Position numbers and translations under genes: made by a program | From: Candidatus Saccharimonadota bacterium | Lineage (GTDB): Bacteria; Pseudomonadota; Alphaproteobacteria; Rickettsiales; Anaplasmataceae | Direction: 5' to 3' | Assembly (NCBI RefSeq): GCF_013365475.1 | Contig: NZ_CP046579.1 | Coordinates: forward strand, 600,001 to 632,000 | Length of the DNA stretch: 32,000 bases | In this document: positions 1 to 10,657 of the stretch, piece after piece | Layout of the letters: each line of letters begins with the position of its first letter | Numbering within the stretch: the stretch's first letter is position 1 | Notes under the pieces: model-generated | Told to the model about the DNA's origin: nothing | Seen by the model: the letters and a program-made list of their open reading frames with translations, nothing else | The model's database searches: none

Positions 1-824
1 GCCTCCTGAGAAAGCTTTGTTTCATCTATCTTTTTCTCAAATTCATTTACTGAATTTCCTTCTTCTCCATTCTCAAATTCACCCAATTCTTTTTGAATCG
101 CCTTCAATTGTTCATTAAGATAGTAGGCTTTCTGAGTGCTCTCAACTTGAGACTTGATCGTTTTACACAAACGGTTTTGCGCATCCAGGATGCTTATTTC
201 TCTTTCAATAAAAGTGAAAGTTTTTCTTAAACGCTCTATTGGACCGTAAGTTTCAAGTATGCTTTGCTTATCGGATGCTTTTACACTCAAACACGAAACT
301 ATTGTATCTACAAGCTGATCAAGCTTTTTGATTTGTTCAATAGGGTTAACAACAACTTCAGGGTGGTTTTTCTTATTTAGCTTACACCAACTATCAAATG
401 CGCTTATAACAGATCGCCTTAAAGCCTCTAGATCAACATTATCCTCACCTTCCTCACACTCATAATAACTACCTAACTCTACCTTAGCCTGTAATAAAGT
501 ATGGGAGCTAATATACTCTAAAACTCTCCCTCTGTTTACTCCTTGAACTACAACCTTTACTGCATTATCGGGTAGTTTTATTAACGATTGTACAATATTT
601 GCTAGTACACCTACCTCATAAAGGTCTTGTGGTTCGGGGTTGTCAATAGAACCATCTCGTTGTGTTACAAGAAAAATCTCATTTTGACGATTACTATTAT
701 CAATTGCACACTCTAATGCATTGATAGATTTTTCCCTACCTATAAATAAAGGAACAACCATGCTTGGAAAAATTACTACATCCCTTAAAGGTAACACTGG
801 TAACGTAACAAAACTAGAATCCAT
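1..824 (-). CDS. lon: ATP-dependent protease Lon, N-terminal part (3' end runs off the left edge of the window)
   Basis: Absent from the ORF track because it has no stop in the window. Reverse-strand translation from the ATG at 824-822 stays open to base 1 (274 codons). It reads MDSSFVTLPVLPLRDVVIFPSMVVPLFIGREKSINALE..., the Lon N-terminal substrate-binding domain signature. It lies directly after tig-clpP-clpX, as in the canonical cluster. Confidence 0.9.
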   Translation of the reverse strand, partial: MDSSFVTLPVLPLRDVVIFPSMVVPLFIGREKSINALECAIDNSNRQNEIFLVTQRDGSIDNPEPQDLYEVGVLANIVQSLIKLPDNAVKVVVQGVNRGRVLEYISSHTLLQAKVELGSYYECEEGEDNVDLEALRRSVISAFDSWCKLNKKNHPEVVVNPIEQIKKLDQLVDTIVSCLSVKASDKQSILETYGPIERLRKTFTFIEREISILDAQNRLCKTIKSQVESTQKAYYLNEQLKAIQKELGEFENGEEGNSVNEFEKKIDETKLSQE

Positions 825-856
825 AGCACACTCAACGCTCATACATATGCTCCAAA

Positions 857-2131
857 TTAATCATTAACTGTTATAACAGTACCTTTCTCACTGCGATTAA
901 TCACTACTTTTCCCAGTTCTACCATTTCCTTAGTGACAACTATTGTACTACCTTCAAGACCTCCATTTCCAGCTGTATACATAACATCTAGCAAAAGTGA
1001 CTCTAAAATAGCACGTAACATTCTTGCACCTGTTTTATAACTCATAGCTTTTTCAGCAATAGCTGATATCGCTTCATCTGTAAACTCAAGGTTCACCTTG
1101 CTGAACGCAAGCAATGCCTTATATTGTTTTATTAGTGCGTTTCTTGGCTCTATTAATACATGCACTAGATCCTCATGATCTAACTCATCTAAAACAGCAG
1201 TTACCTGAACTCGACCTACAAACTCTGGTATTAAACCAAATTTGATTAAATCTTCGGGCTGAACATCATGTAAAACATTCTTTTTTCTTTGCTCTCTAGA
1301 CTGACTTATGTCAGCTCCAAAGCCAACTGATGTTCCTCTTTTTCTTGCTTCAATGATCTTATCTAGACCCTCAAAAGCTCCCCCGCAGATAAATAATATA
1401 TTATTAGTATCTACTTGTATAAGTTCTTGTTGTGGATGTTTACGTCCACCATGCGGTGGCACATAAGCAACCGTGCCCTCCATAATTTTAAGAAGTGCCT
1501 GCTGCACCCCTTCACCAGAAACATCTCGCGTTATTGAAGTGCTCTCAGACTTTCTAGTGATCTTATCTATTTCATCTATAAACACTATACCACGCTGTGC
1601 TTTTGCAACATCATAATTTGCAGCTTGCAATAAACGTGACAACACGCTTTCCACATCATCACCTACATAACCTGCTTCTGTTAAAGTTGTCGCATCAGCC
1701 ATAGCAAATGGCACATCTGAAACTTTAGCAAGTGTTTTAGCTAGCAAGGTTTTACCAGAACCAGTAGGACCAATAAGCATTACATTAGACTTTTCAATCT
1801 CAACTTCACTTATAGAGTGAATCTGCGCCATAGATTGACAATGGTTATACATAGCCACAGATAAAACATGTTGCGCATGTTCTTGACCCACAACATGTTT
1901 GCTGAGAAAATTCTTTATGTCTTCAGGCTTTTTTAATAATAACTTCACATCTGATATATAATCTGAGTTAAAAGGTCCACTTTTCTTTTGATTTATTGCC
2001 CTATGGGATAACTCTATACATTCATTGCAAATAAACACTTTTAACCCATCTGAAGAATTAGTTATTAATTTATCCACTTCATTTTGGGCTTTATTGCAGA
2101 AAGAACAACGGTGTCCATCATTGTTATTCAT
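857..2131 (-). CDS. clpX: ATP-dependent Clp protease ATP-binding subunit ClpX
   Basis: 424 aa. It has the N-terminal C4 zinc finger (CSFCNK...CNEC), Walker A GPTGSGKT and Walker B VFIDEIDK. It sits immediately downstream of clpP. Confidence 0.97.
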   Translation of the reverse strand: MNNNDGHRCSFCNKAQNEVDKLITNSSDGLKVFICNECIELSHRAINQKKSGPFNSDYISDVKLLLKKPEDIKNFLSKHVVGQEHAQHVLSVAMYNHCQSMAQIHSISEVEIEKSNVMLIGPTGSGKTLLAKTLAKVSDVPFAMADATTLTEAGYVGDDVESVLSRLLQAANYDVAKAQRGIVFIDEIDKITRKSESTSITRDVSGEGVQQALLKIMEGTVAYVPPHGGRKHPQQELIQVDTNNILFICGGAFEGLDKIIEARKRGTSVGFGADISQSREQRKKNVLHDVQPEDLIKFGLIPEFVGRVQVTAVLDELDHEDLVHVLIEPRNALIKQYKALLAFSKVNLEFTDEAISAIAEKAMSYKTGARMLRAILESLLLDVMYTAGNGGLEGSTIVVTKEMVELGKVVINRSEKGTVITVND

Positions 2132-2142
2132 TAATTCACCTT

Positions 2143-2742
2143 CTACTTAACCTTAACATCTTCACGCTCAGCCATTACTCTATCAACCAAGCCGATTTTC
2201 TTAGCTTCTTCAGAGTCCATGAACTTATCCCTCTCCATCATTTTTTCAATCTTCTTCAGTGAATTTCCCGTATGTTTCTCATAGATCTGATTTAGCTTTT
2301 TCTTAACTCGCAAAATTTCATTAGCATGTATCTCTATATCAGTTGCCTGACCTTGATAACCGCCAGATGGCTGATGTATCATGATTCTTGAATGAGGTAA
2401 AGAATAACGTTTACCTTTTGTTCCAGCTGCAAGTAGTAAAGAACCCATGGATGCAGCTTGTCCTATACATAGAGTTGAAACATCTGGCTTTATATATTGC
2501 ATTGTATCATAGATAGAAAGACCAGCAGTTACAATACCACCTGGTGAATTTATATACATATAAATATCCTTATCAGGATTCTCTGATTCAAGAAATAAAA
2601 GCTGTGCTACTACTACACTAGCCATGCTATCTTCAATAGGACCAGTCACGAAAATTATTCTTTCCTTTACTAACCTCGAATATATATCATAAGCACGTTC
2701 ACCACGACTAGTTTGCTCAATTACAATTGGTATAAGAGTCAT
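2143..2742 (-). CDS. clpP: ATP-dependent Clp protease proteolytic subunit ClpP
   Basis: 199 aa. ClpP catalytic motifs are present (GQAASMGS active-site Ser, IMIHQPSGG His). It lies between tig and clpX. Confidence 0.97.
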   Translation of the reverse strand: MTLIPIVIEQTSRGERAYDIYSRLVKERIIFVTGPIEDSMASVVVAQLLFLESENPDKDIYMYINSPGGIVTAGLSIYDTMQYIKPDVSTLCIGQAASMGSLLLAAGTKGKRYSLPHSRIMIHQPSGGYQGQATDIEIHANEILRVKKKLNQIYEKHTGNSLKKIEKMMERDKFMDSEEAKKIGLVDRVMAEREDVKVK

Positions 2743-2751
2743 CTCTTCTCG

Positions 2752-4092
2752 CTAAATATCATCAAATAACTTCTTTAACTCCTTCACAGAGACAATTTGC
2801 TCTTTCTTATTAACTTTCTTTAGTATATAATCTGTAACTTTATGCTCAAGAGCTTGTCCCTCAACTAACTTTTGAAACTGCTTACTTGACTTAAAATACC
2901 TCACTACCTTATCAAATGGCATATTTTTTTTGACATACTGGTTTATAACACTTAAAATGTCATCTTGAGTTAATGATATTTTATTTTCTGTACTAAATTT
3001 TATAAATAATACTGCAAGTTTCACACGCCTTTCAGCTTCTTTATAAGAGTTACCTTTATAATTTAATTCCATTGCTACTCTTTGCTGTTCCTGTTTTACT
3101 ATGTCCATAGGTAAATCAAAATTATAACTAGTATCCAAGTAATCAAACAGTTCCTTCTTAATCAATAGACCTCCCATTTCTTCACACTGATCACCGACTA
3201 TTTTTTTAGCATAATTTCTTAGCAATGAATAATCTTCAAATCCCATTTTTTTAGCTATTTCATCATCACTTCTAAAACCTTGTACAACTTGAATATCATT
3301 AACTAGAACAGAAAAATCAGCTTCCTGTCCTGCAAGTGAAATTGCTTGGTAATCTTCAGGAAATTTCAACTTAAAGCTCTTTGCCTCTCCTTTTTTCATA
3401 CCAATTAATTGATCATCGAAACCATTAATAAATGTCCCAGAGCCTAAAGTAACTTTAAAATTTTTATTACTTCCACCTCGAAAAAGCTTATTTCTAATCC
3501 GACCTTTAAAATCAATCGTTAGTTTATCTCCACTTTTTGCTTGATAAGAAGCATCATCAACAGAGATGAAATCAGGAAATTTTATTCTTATAGATTCAAT
3601 AAAATCTTTTATATCTTCCTCTTCGATTTTTGTTTCTATCTTCTTCAAGTTTATTTTGCCAAGATCTATTACTGGGACTTCTGACATTAACTCGAAAGAT
3701 AGCCTATATACAAAATTACCTTCTTCATACTTTTTACTCAGATTTGGTAATGATACAATATCGATTTTGGGACAAACATGAGATTTAACCCCAATTTTTT
3801 TCATTAAATCGACAGAGCAATAGTCAATCATATTATTTACTACATACTCCAAAGCCTCGCTTTTATAATTCGTAACGACAAGACTATATGGCATCTTTCC
3901 AGATCGGAATCCAGGCAATTTTGCATTTTTCGCTATTTCTTGTAACCTAGAACCTATCTTCTGCTTTATATAATCACTACTAACTGAAATTTCATACCTG
4001 TGCTCAAGCTTATCCACACCAAGTTCTTTATATGTATATATACTACTTGACCCACCTATTTTAACAATGCTTTGAGGTATATCACCAGACAT
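2752..4092 (-). CDS. tig: Trigger factor (ribosome-associated chaperone / PPIase)
   Basis: 446 aa. The ribosome-binding GFRxGxxP signature (PGFRSGKMP) is near the N-terminus and a central FKBP-like region follows ([10 protein letters not shown]...[16 protein letters not shown]). It is first in the tig-clpP-clpX-lon order. Confidence 0.93.
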   Translation of the reverse strand: MSGDIPQSIVKIGGSSSIYTYKELGVDKLEHRYEISVSSDYIKQKIGSRLQEIAKNAKLPGFRSGKMPYSLVVTNYKSEALEYVVNNMIDYCSVDLMKKIGVKSHVCPKIDIVSLPNLSKKYEEGNFVYRLSFELMSEVPVIDLGKINLKKIETKIEEEDIKDFIESIRIKFPDFISVDDASYQAKSGDKLTIDFKGRIRNKLFRGGSNKNFKVTLGSGTFINGFDDQLIGMKKGEAKSFKLKFPEDYQAISLAGQEADFSVLVNDIQVVQGFRSDDEIAKKMGFEDYSLLRNYAKKIVGDQCEEMGGLLIKKELFDYLDTSYNFDLPMDIVKQEQQRVAMELNYKGNSYKEAERRVKLAVLFIKFSTENKISLTQDDILSVINQYVKKNMPFDKVVRYFKSSKQFQKLVEGQALEHKVTDYILKKVNKKEQIVSVKELKKLFDDI

Positions 4093-4238
4093 TATAATTC
4101 ATTATAAGTATTCTAATACGTATCTTAATAAAGTTATTTTACCAGAATTTAAGCTAAATACAATCATTAAGAACAGTTTTTTAACAAACAAAGTGTATTC
4201 GTGACTAAAGATTTTTCTATGAACTTAAGCTATATTAG

Positions 4239-4322
4239 TACGGATAGGGGGACTCGAACCCCCATGAACAAGAGCTCACCAGGACCTAAACCTGGCACGT
4301 TTACCAATTCCGTCATATCCGT
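4239..4322 (-). tRNA. tRNA-Leu (anticodon UAG), class II, CCA not encoded
   Basis: Hand-folded cloverleaf on the reverse strand: acceptor ACGGATA/TATCCGT, anticodon arm CCAGG-TTTAGGT-CCTGG, 15-nt variable arm, T arm GGGGG-TTCGAGT-CCCCC, discriminator A. Confidence 0.9.
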
Positions 4323-4569
4323 AAATTTTTAGGATTAGAAAATGAACTACCACTGTTACTTAAATAATAGAAATCAACTTAGTTAGAGTGAAGCAATTAA
4401 TTTAACACTAGTACCACACTTATTAACCTGCTTAAGCAAGCCTAGATTGTCATTATAAGTATTACATTGAAATACTCAAGACCTAAAGCTGCACTATTTA
4501 CAGTATTTACACAATCAAAAAAGCTTATTAATATCTTTTAACGAAAGCCCTAAACCCTGGAAATCAATA

Positions 4570-5163
4570 ATGAAACTAATAGTAAATTTTTTACTTGCAG
4601 CTTTTTTGATAACCCAGAGCGGGTGTACAACTCTTATAATAAGTGGTGTAGTTGCTACAACAGCAACAGCAGTAGCAATGCAAGATAGATCATTGGGGAA
4701 TATTGTTGACGATACAACTATGATAATAAGAATCAATAAAAGTCTCTTAAAACACGGATTATTCCCATCCATAAAAGTCAAAGTAAGCGAAGGGAGAGTA
4801 TTACTCATTGGAAATGTTGACACACCAGAAAAACAACTCACAGCAGAAAAAATAGCTTGGCAGGAAAAAGAAGTTAAAGAGGTAATAAACGAAATAAGGG
4901 TAATACCAATTCAAACAATTTCCATGCTAGACTCTATTATAGATAGTATGATAACAGCAGAAATAAGAACAAGGCTTTTAGGGAAAAGGAATATCAAATC
5001 AATTAATTACAGCATTAATACAGCTGATGGAGCTGTCTATTTGATGGGTATAGCTCAAAATAAAGCAGAACTAAAAGCTGTAATAGCAATCGCAAGAAAA
5101 GTTAAGGGAGTAAAGCAAGTTGTAAGTTATGTACGTCATAGACATAGCAAGTTACGACGATAA
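4570..5163 (+). CDS. dolP: Dual-BON-domain lipoprotein, DolP/YraP-like
   Basis: 197 aa. The signal sequence ends in SGC, a lipobox-like site (non-canonical Q at -3). Two BON domains follow. From memory it aligns along its length with E. coli YraP/DolP (DDTTMIIRINKSL, RVLLIGNVDTPE, VINEIRV, GAVYLMGIAQNKAE, VKGVKQV). Confidence 0.75.
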   Translation: MKLIVNFLLAAFLITQSGCTTLIISGVVATTATAVAMQDRSLGNIVDDTTMIIRINKSLLKHGLFPSIKVKVSEGRVLLIGNVDTPEKQLTAEKIAWQEKEVKEVINEIRVIPIQTISMLDSIIDSMITAEIRTRLLGKRNIKSINYSINTADGAVYLMGIAQNKAELKAVIAIARKVKGVKQVVSYVRHRHSKLRR

Positions 5164-5216
5164 TAGAAATTTAGTTCTAAAACAGTAATTTTGTTTTAAA
5201 TGTGGATATAATATAA

Positions 5217-6140
5217 ATGAGAGTTGCTTTTCAAATGGATGAAAACATAAATTTTGAAACTGATACTACATTTGTGTTAATAAAAGAAGCCCAAAGAAGG
5301 AAGCACGAGATTTTTATCTATTTTCCTAACAATTTAGCACTAAAATCAAATCAACCAATTGCTCTTGCCCAGAAAGTTAACACTGATGATCATGGCTTTA
5401 TTTCTAAAATAGATACAACAATTAACTTGAATGAAGTAGAAATTATATTTATTAGACAAGATCCACCTTTTAATATGCGTTACATTACAACTACCTATAT
5501 CTTAGAAAAGACTAGTGCCTTAGTAATAAACAATCCAACAGAGATAAGAAATTGTCCTGAAAAATTAGCTACTTCATTATTTCCAGAGCTAACTTTACCT
5601 ACTTTAATTACTGAAAATATATCGATGATTATGGATTTTTATCATGACCATGATAGAAGTATTATCCTGAAGCCATTGTATAGCTATGGAGGAAATGACG
5701 TAATAAGAGTAAGGGATGGAAGCAACATTCAAGTAGTAGCAGAACTATTAATTTCAAAGTATGAATGTCCTATAGTTGCACAAGCATTTTGCAAAAATAT
5801 AGATAAAGACAAAAGGACATTATTACTAGATGGTCAACCAGTCGGAGCAATGAAACGAGTTCCAAGAGTTAGTGAAGAAATCAGAACAAATCTTCGGCTC
5901 GGAGCAAGTTTTGTGCCTATTGAAATGAGTAACAGAGATAACGAAATTTGTAGTAAAATTGGTCCTGAACTAAAAAAAAGAGGGCTAATATTTGTAGGCA
6001 TAGATATCATAGACAATTTTCTCATTGAAATCAACACAACCTCACCTACAGGTGTATCTCACATTAATAAGCTATACAATACATCATTAGAAAAAAAACT
6101 ATGGGATACCTTTGAAGAAAGGGTAGCTAGTCGTACTTGA
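5217..6140 (+). CDS. gshB: Glutathione synthetase (ATP-grasp)
   Basis: 307 aa. Prokaryotic GshB blocks are present: EAQRR, RQDPPFNMRYITTTYILE, CPEKL, IILKPLYSYGGNDVIRV, EINTTSPTG. Confidence 0.9.
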   Translation: MRVAFQMDENINFETDTTFVLIKEAQRRKHEIFIYFPNNLALKSNQPIALAQKVNTDDHGFISKIDTTINLNEVEIIFIRQDPPFNMRYITTTYILEKTSALVINNPTEIRNCPEKLATSLFPELTLPTLITENISMIMDFYHDHDRSIILKPLYSYGGNDVIRVRDGSNIQVVAELLISKYECPIVAQAFCKNIDKDKRTLLLDGQPVGAMKRVPRVSEEIRTNLRLGASFVPIEMSNRDNEICSKIGPELKKRGLIFVGIDIIDNFLIEINTTSPTGVSHINKLYNTSLEKKLWDTFEERVASRT

Positions 6141-6151
6141 TGGTCAAACTT

Positions 6152-7177
6152 TTAGACTATTATCTTAATAAATTCATCAATTCCACTTTTTATCATCGTT
6201 TTTTTAGTATTATTAGCCATATCACCCAATTTTTGGGGATTTTCTAATAAGTCAATCAGTGACTTTTTAAGGTTTCTTTTCGTTTCATTATTTTGCTCAA
6301 CTATTACAGCTGCCCCAAAACTCTCAATGTGTTTTGCGTTGTAAAATTGATGACCATCTTTTGAGTGAGGATAAGGAATATATATGGCAGGACGCTCAGC
6401 AAGAGTTATTTCTGCTATTGAGGTTGCACCTGCTCTGCTAATTACTAAATGAGCATTTGACAACCTACTTTCTATATCATCAAAAAACTCACTCAATTCA
6501 CTACTGAACTTTTCACTTTTATACAGATTTCTAACATTATCGATATTTTTTCTTCTGCATTGCTGTGTTATTCTAAGCTTTTCTTTTATTTTAATAGGAA
6601 GATCACAGATTACATCACTTACTACATCATCAAAAAAACCTGAACCCTGACTAGCTGCTATTATCAATACATTCAAATTCCCTTTAGGGAGAATGCAAGA
6701 ATAGCTCTTTGCCTTCATATAAATAAAACTTCCAGCAAAAATACATTTATCACTTTCTACGTATTTAGTTTCCGGGAAGCTAATTGCAATCAACTTTGCG
6801 CTGTTGAGAAAAAATCTATTTGCTCTACCCAAAACTGCATTTTGTTCATGTAAAATTATTGGTATAGAAAGAATTCTTGCTGCAAGAAGAGTTGGAAAAG
6901 AAGCATAACCACCAAAACCAACAACTAGCCTTGGCTTCAATTTTTTCATTTGATATGTTGTTAATATAAAGCTGTATATTAACAAAAGAAAAAATTTAAA
7001 CTTATTGTTGCTTGGTTTACATAATGGAATAGTATAGCTATTTACACCAATATTTTTACTTACTTCACCATTAGTGAATAGTATACAACTATACCCTTTA
7101 GATTTTATCGCTTTTGCTAATGTTATAGCTGGGAAAATATGCCCACCTGTTCCTCCTGTTGCTAAGATAATAGTCAT
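6152..7177 (-). CDS. murG: Undecaprenyldiphospho-muramoylpentapeptide beta-N-acetylglucosaminyltransferase MurG
   Basis: 341 aa. MurG motifs are present: N-terminal GGTGGHIFPA, HEQNAV, ISRAGATSIAEI, and C-terminal H-Q-x-x-NA (DGHQFYNAKH). The frame is intact. The usual GGSQG is AASQG here. Confidence 0.85.
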   Translation of the reverse strand: MTIILATGGTGGHIFPAITLAKAIKSKGYSCILFTNGEVSKNIGVNSYTIPLCKPSNNKFKFFLLLIYSFILTTYQMKKLKPRLVVGFGGYASFPTLLAARILSIPIILHEQNAVLGRANRFFLNSAKLIAISFPETKYVESDKCIFAGSFIYMKAKSYSCILPKGNLNVLIIAASQGSGFFDDVVSDVICDLPIKIKEKLRITQQCRRKNIDNVRNLYKSEKFSSELSEFFDDIESRLSNAHLVISRAGATSIAEITLAERPAIYIPYPHSKDGHQFYNAKHIESFGAAVIVEQNNETKRNLKKSLIDLLENPQKLGDMANNTKKTMIKSGIDEFIKIIV

Positions 7178-7536
7178 GTATAATAACTTGATACTAGATT
7201 GTTGATTATTATTTAATAATTTGCATTCAAAATTTTATGAACCCTCTAGCTTAGAGTCAAGAGCATCTTACAATAACGTAAAAACTTAACAAGAAAAATA
7301 ATCTTTAAGATAAACATGAATGAGATGAAGTAGATCCACAGAATTATCAAAAACTTAATGAAATCTTCAATCCTAGTCAGATCTATCTGAGTAAGAGAAA
7401 CGAAATAAAATGGGAAGCTCAAAAAGTCTTAATCCAAAAAAGCTTGATTGAAAGTAGCAGTTGAAAATTGAAGAAAAGTGGTAAGAGCACAACACTAGTA
7501 CTCAAAAGTTAGCTGGGAACAATGAGAAACGTTAGC

Positions 7537-8922
7537 TCAATTATTTAACGATTCATTATCTGCAGCAAGTACTGAGTCATATATCATCTCTGAAATAGTT
7601 GGGTGAGGGAAGACTGTAGACTTTATATCAATATCCGTTGCCTCTATCTGCTTTGCAAGAACAAAATTGCTAATTAACTCTGTTACTTCCGCTCCTAAGA
7701 GGTGAGCACCAAGAAGTTCGCCTGTTTTTTTATCTATCACCGTTTTCACTAACCCTTCAGTCTCACCAAGAGCAATAGACTTGCCATTAAAATTGGAATG
7801 AAATTTTCCTATTTTCACATCATATCCATTTTTGACTGCTTGTTCTTCAGTCAGACCAACACTAGCTATTTGCGGGTGAGAGTAAGTGCAATTCGGTATG
7901 CACTCTCTCTTCAAGAGATGAACGTTTTTACCAGCAATCTTTTCGATACAAATCACAGCTTCATGGCTTGCTTTATGTGCTAAACATGGCGGACCAGCTA
8001 CATCACCTATTGCATATATATTTGGTTCACACGTTTCATAACATTCATTTGTTTTAATAAAGCCAGAAGAACTTAATTTAATTTTTGTATTTTCCAAACC
8101 TATATTTCTAGTATTTGCTTGAATGCCAATTGCAACAATCACTCTATCAAATTCTTTATCTTCACCACTACTTAGTTGCACTTTAACATAGCCTTTACTC
8201 TTAGTTATAGTCCTTACACTACTATTCGTATATATCTTTATCCCCTGTCTTATGAATACTTTTTGTGCTAAACTTGAAATATCCTTATCTTCCAAAGGCA
8301 AAATAGTGTCTCTTATCTCTATAATTGAAACATTAACTCCTAAGGTATTATAAAAGCTTGCAAATTCTATTCCAATTGCGCCGGATCCTATGATTAATAA
8401 TGATTCTGGTAATTTATCTGGAGATATAGCATGCTGTGCACTCCATATTAAGTCCCCATCTATTTCTATTCCAGGCAAAGTTCGTGCTCTTACACCTGTT
8501 GCTAAGACAATATGCTTAGAAGAAATTTCTTGCTCTTCCTCTCCACTAGAAACTTTTATAGTGAGATTACCTGCAAGTTTACCAAAACCACGATAAACTT
8601 TGATATTCTTTTTCCTTATTAAGGAAGCAACACTATTTGACAATTTATCAACAATACTTTCTGAATGTTTCACTATTGATTGTATGTCAAAACTCACATC
8701 TTCTACTTTTATGCCAAACTCTTTCGATCTTTTTATGAGTTTATATACTTCAGACACCCTAAGTAGAGATTTTGTAGGTATACACCCATAATTTAAGCAT
8801 ATCCCACCTAACTTCTTTTCTTTTTCAACAATTGCAGTTTTAAAACCAAGCTGTACTGCTCTGATTGCTGCTATGTAGCCTCCAGGTCCAGCACCTATGA
8901 CTGCAATATCATATTCATTCAT
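7537..8922 (-). CDS. lpdA: Dihydrolipoyl dehydrogenase (E3 component)
   Basis: 461 aa. It has the FAD-binding GAGPGGY, the redox-active disulfide CLNYGCIPTK, a second dinucleotide fold GSGAIGIEF, and the C-terminal interface HPTxSE motif (HPTISE). Confidence 0.93.
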   Translation of the reverse strand: MNEYDIAVIGAGPGGYIAAIRAVQLGFKTAIVEKEKKLGGICLNYGCIPTKSLLRVSEVYKLIKRSKEFGIKVEDVSFDIQSIVKHSESIVDKLSNSVASLIRKKNIKVYRGFGKLAGNLTIKVSSGEEEQEISSKHIVLATGVRARTLPGIEIDGDLIWSAQHAISPDKLPESLLIIGSGAIGIEFASFYNTLGVNVSIIEIRDTILPLEDKDISSLAQKVFIRQGIKIYTNSSVRTITKSKGYVKVQLSSGEDKEFDRVIVAIGIQANTRNIGLENTKIKLSSSGFIKTNECYETCEPNIYAIGDVAGPPCLAHKASHEAVICIEKIAGKNVHLLKRECIPNCTYSHPQIASVGLTEEQAVKNGYDVKIGKFHSNFNGKSIALGETEGLVKTVIDKKTGELLGAHLLGAEVTELISNFVLAKQIEATDIDIKSTVFPHPTISEMIYDSVLAADNESLNN

Positions 8923-9277
8923 TACTTTTATATTTAAAAGATTATATATAACAGATGGAATTTATGTAATCAATGACATCAATTCTTACTATACAAGTAG
9001 ATATATAGGCATTCAGATTTCTTCAGCCACAAAAATATAGATTAAAAACCACTTAATGAGTTTTATTAACTTCTTTATTAGGACAACAATAGAAAATTGA
9101 TTTGATTATAAAAAAATCCTAAAAAGTTAGACTGTATCCTTAACACTAGAATAGCAGGAAGAAGAGGTACTAAAGTGATAGAACGGGCTGCTCAGTGACA
9201 TTGGTATTAGCAGACTAAAACTGCAATAGTGACACTACCTATAGCCCATGCTGCTCTAGTCATAGTTAATTTAGTAA

Positions 9278-10657
9278 TTAATCAGTAATCACTCTATTTC
9301 TGCCACTATTTTTTGCTTTGTATAAATGGCTATCAGCACGTGTTATAAATTTTTTAACATTATCAAAGTCAGATTTCTGCATTTCTGTAACTCCAATACT
9401 CACAGTTACATTATGAGTTATATTTTCATCTAAAAGCAGAAAAGGTTTTGTAGCAATAGCTTTACGTATCTCCTCTGCAATAACATATGCATCCGATACA
9501 TCAGCACCAGGCATTACAACAACAAATTCCTCACCACCAAACCTAGCTAAAAAATCTGCTATTCTAATGTTTTTAGAAATTCTTTTCTGTATTTGTTTCA
9601 AAAGCTCATCACCAGCACTATGCCCAAAATCGTCATTCACTGCCTTAAAATAGTCTATATCAAGCATCATAAGAGATAGTCTTTTGCCATTCTCTAAAGA
9701 GCTCTTAACAATGTTCTTTAAGAGAGTATCAAAATATCTTCTGTTATAGCAGTTAGTTAGTGGGTCCTTTACAGACATTTCTACATTATTGAATAAACTC
9801 ATTCTCAAATCATCTTGGTACCTCTTGCGCTTTACTTGTAAGTCAACTCTTGCTATTAGCTCATTTTCATCCAATGGTATTGTTAAGTAATCATTAGCAC
9901 CAACATCCAAGGCTTTCACTAAATTGTTTTTATTATAATGCTTGGAAAAAATCATAATAGGTGTATAACGAGTTTTCACCTTACTACGAAACTCAGAGCA
10001 TAAACGTAGACCATCAGTTTCTGAGAACTGCATGTCTGAAATAATTAGATCGTAATTATCTTCAATACCAACCTTCAATGCTTCAGTTGGGTTATTTGAT
10101 ACTTTAATCAATCTAAAGCGTTGTTTAAGTACATTATACACATGCCCCACCTGAAAAGTATCCTCATCTACAATAAGTATGCTAGCGTCAAAAATTTGAT
10201 TAGAATAACCAATAATATTGGTCCTAGCTATCTCACCAATCCCAGCATTGACCTTCTCTCCTAAAAAACGCAATTCATCTATTATCATCTTTAATCGTGT
10301 AAGAGACTTAATTCTTGCAGACAGTGCGGTTTCGTCTACTGGCTTAGTCAAAAAATCATCTGCACCTGCGTTAATACCTTGCACTTTATCATAAGCATCA
10401 TGTAGCGTAGTCACAATAATTATTGGAATATGAGTTGTTAAAGGATCACTTTTTAGACTCTTACAAACCTCAAAGCCATTTATTCCAGGTATCTGGATAT
10501 CAAGTAATATAATATCAGGCTGTTGTTTCTCTACTAAGTCTATAACTTCCTTACCATCATGAGCTACAATAACTACATAGTACTCTGCCTTTAGTCTAGC
10601 TTCTAAAAACTTAACATTAGACAGTACATCATCCACTACCAGTATCTTTGCTGTCAT
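9278..10657 (-). CDS. pleD: Response regulator / diguanylate cyclase PleD (REC-REC-GGDEF)
   Basis: 459 aa. The first receiver has the full acidic pocket and phospho-acceptor (VVDD, ILLD, TKP). A second, adaptor-type receiver follows. The GGDEF domain has an active GGEEF site and an RxxD I-site at the canonical spacing (RIAD-FLARF-GGEEF). Confidence 0.9.
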   Translation of the reverse strand: MTAKILVVDDVLSNVKFLEARLKAEYYVVIVAHDGKEVIDLVEKQQPDIILLDIQIPGINGFEVCKSLKSDPLTTHIPIIIVTTLHDAYDKVQGINAGADDFLTKPVDETALSARIKSLTRLKMIIDELRFLGEKVNAGIGEIARTNIIGYSNQIFDASILIVDEDTFQVGHVYNVLKQRFRLIKVSNNPTEALKVGIEDNYDLIISDMQFSETDGLRLCSEFRSKVKTRYTPIMIFSKHYNKNNLVKALDVGANDYLTIPLDENELIARVDLQVKRKRYQDDLRMSLFNNVEMSVKDPLTNCYNRRYFDTLLKNIVKSSLENGKRLSLMMLDIDYFKAVNDDFGHSAGDELLKQIQKRISKNIRIADFLARFGGEEFVVVMPGADVSDAYVIAEEIRKAIATKPFLLLDENITHNVTVSIGVTEMQKSDFDNVKKFITRADSHLYKAKNSGRNRVITD

